DNA of 64,000 bases from Phoronis australis (lineage: Eukaryota > Animalia > Phoronida). The notes under the pieces were generated by a model. It made no database searches. It was not told the origin of the DNA and worked only from the letters and a program-made list of their open reading frames with translations. Shown here in pieces: positions 63,765 through 64,000 of the stretch. The position numbers and the translations under genes are program-made. The DNA lies in contig NMRA01000070.1 of assembly GCA_002633005.1 (NCBI GenBank), positions 150,172 to 214,171 on the forward strand. Reading direction: 5' to 3'. Position 1 is the stretch's first letter. Each line of letters starts with the position of its first letter.

Positions 63765-64000
63765 GTGAATTTTTGATGCTCATGCGGTGAGAGATGTGCA
63801 AGGGGTGTAGGAAATTTTGGATAGCGATGGAATTGTTTTGTTTTTTTGTGGTTATTTGGTTAGAATAGGAATACGTCTAACCCATAAATAGTGTTTGGAC
63901 AAAGGCTGTGCAATGTTCTTATTCTGTCATTGCAGCGTGTGGTCTTTCCTTAATTATAATGCGTTTGTTTGTTAAATAATGCGCGTCTTGTAAGAAAGTA

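Overview
Animal (invertebrate-type) genomic DNA. Most short ORFs in the supplied track are spurious. (1) 128-26555 (+) holds 16 coding exons of a Piwi-clade Argonaute gene. All exons have GT-AG introns with matching phases and total 2520 nt including the stop. PAZ, MID and PIWI domains and the D-E-D-H slicer residues are intact; the first coding exon lies upstream of the window. (2) 62603-63764 (+) holds the first two coding exons of a second, diverged Piwi paralog (MSGRARGRARGRARG...), so this is a tandem Piwi locus. (3) Between the two genes, ~37.4-54.4 kb is a foreign-DNA island. It contains nested and duplicated 3' ends of an LTR retroelement family, all on the minus strand. Each reads polypurine tract AAAAGGGGGGAG, then an LTR of ~820-850 bp starting TGTAATATAATG. 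The elements carry a cassette of small accessory ORFs, most preceded by their own splice acceptor, with no gag/pol visible. Two decayed Polinton/adintovirus-like protein-primed DNA polymerase B fragments bracket the island in opposite orientations. This layout suggests a flamenco-like piRNA source locus between two Piwi genes, but that is inference. (4) Introns and intergenic DNA carry two Helentron/DINE-1-like non-autonomous families, one with ~150-bp-spaced CTCF-like motifs and one with YY1-like motifs. They also carry MITEs, a tRNA-derived SINE and minisatellites. No database searches were run; family assignments come from motif recognition.
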